From the NCBI GenBank assembly GCA_964016885.1, contig OZ024740.1, forward strand, positions 215,016,001-215,080,000: a stretch of 64,000 nt of DNA. The letters run 5' to 3'. Positions 63,250 through 64,000 of this stretch are shown piece by piece. The position numbers were made by a program, and so were the translations under genes. How positions within the stretch are numbered: the first letter of the stretch is position 1; each line of letters starts with the position of its first letter. A model generated the notes under the pieces. The model ran no database searches and was not told the origin of the DNA. It worked only from the letters and a program-made list of their open reading frames with translations. The DNA is from Eledone cirrhosa (Eukaryota).

Positions 63250-63405
63250 TGGTTTGGGGAAAGGGAAAGTCGAGTAAATCGACCCCAGTGCATTACTGGT
63301 GCTTTATTTTATCAACCCCGTAAAGATGAAAGGCAAAGCTAACCTCGGTGGGATTTAAACTCAGAATGTAAAGTGCTGTAACTATGCCGCTAAGCATGTT
63401 GTCTA
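63250..63405 (-). mobile_element. SINE family A copy (long form)
   Basis: Family core in reverse orientation. Confidence 0.8.
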
Positions 63406-63475
63406 CTTTAGGTTATTATATATATATATAAACACGAGTCCTTTGCTCCGTTATTTTTACTTTATATATATATAT

Positions 63476-63605
63476 CAGATTGGAGGCGGTAAAAACCAGT
63501 TAGACCATAACTCAAAAACTCACCAGAGTACTTGATACTTGGGGTAGTAGATGGGTAATATGAAAAAATTCGGGACCCTTTCAAAAGCTAGATCCAAACT
63601 GATTT

Positions 63606-63611
<6 letters not shown>
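63476..63611 (+). repeat. Family H copy between (TA)n tracts
   Basis: accagttagaccataac...caccagagtacttgatacttggggtagtagatgggtaata...agctagatccaaact. Confidence 0.65.
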
Positions 63612-63635
<24 letters not shown>

Positions 63636-63636
<1 letters not shown>

Positions 63637-63827
63637 ACGAAGGAGGTGTGCTAAAGAACCAGATGGACCATAACGCACCAGAATACTCAATACTTAGGGT
63701 AGTAGAGTGGGTAATAGGAAAATGATACACTCCAATGGCAGAGCTCAAGCCGTTTCGATGGCTATTTCTGTCCAGAAATAGCTGTCGAAACGGCTTGAGC
63801 TCTGCCGTCGGGGTCTAACATTTTTCT
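63636..63827 (+). repeat. Family H copy with a 34-bp-arm hairpin, between (TA)n tracts
   Basis: Matches 23644-23789 at both ends; hairpin at 63737-63806. Confidence 0.72.
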
Positions 63828-63852
63828 ATATATATATATATATATATATATA

Positions 63853-64000
63853 CAGGTAAAATTCTGTTATAACAAATACCATTATAACAAATTTTTCAGT
63901 ATAACAAAATTTTTTTCAATCCCCGAAGTAATAACAAACAAATGTTCGATTTGTTTCAGTCGATCTCATTATAAAGAATTTTCCATTACAACGAATATAT
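63853..64000. mobile_element. Probable Tigger/pogo-like MITE left end, cut by the window edge
   Basis: TA|caggtaaaattctgttataacaaa with recurring ttataac[ag]aa subterminal motifs. Confidence 0.45.

Overview
Eukaryotic, AT-rich, repeat-dense DNA. The SINE families and microsatellite load suggest an octopod cephalopod (inference). The only host coding sequence I can support is one 64-nt minus-strand exon (23410-23473, SVRIATIPAFGTILENVTLRE) matching RELCH/KIAA1468 as I recall it, so most of the window is probably giant introns of that gene. About a third of the window is a ~20.2 kb, indel-free 24-bp tandem array with higher-order structure; the 6777-aa ORF is an artefact of it. Other contents are a decayed Neptune-type Penelope-like element (RT + GIY-YIG), RTE and Tx1/L1 LINE fragments, several SINE families, Helitrons and MITEs. 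Most notable: (i) minimal hammerhead ribozyme motifs, including a variant with the compensatory U3-A8 core pair in the Penelope tail; (ii) a 78/60-bp minisatellite amplified from the endonuclease-coding end of a CRE-like retrotransposon, with an unamplified relative 46 kb away; (iii) a (TA)n-embedded short repeat family whose copies carry different hairpins; (iv) repeated short fold-back and templated-insertion scars. All family assignments come from motif recognition, not database searches.
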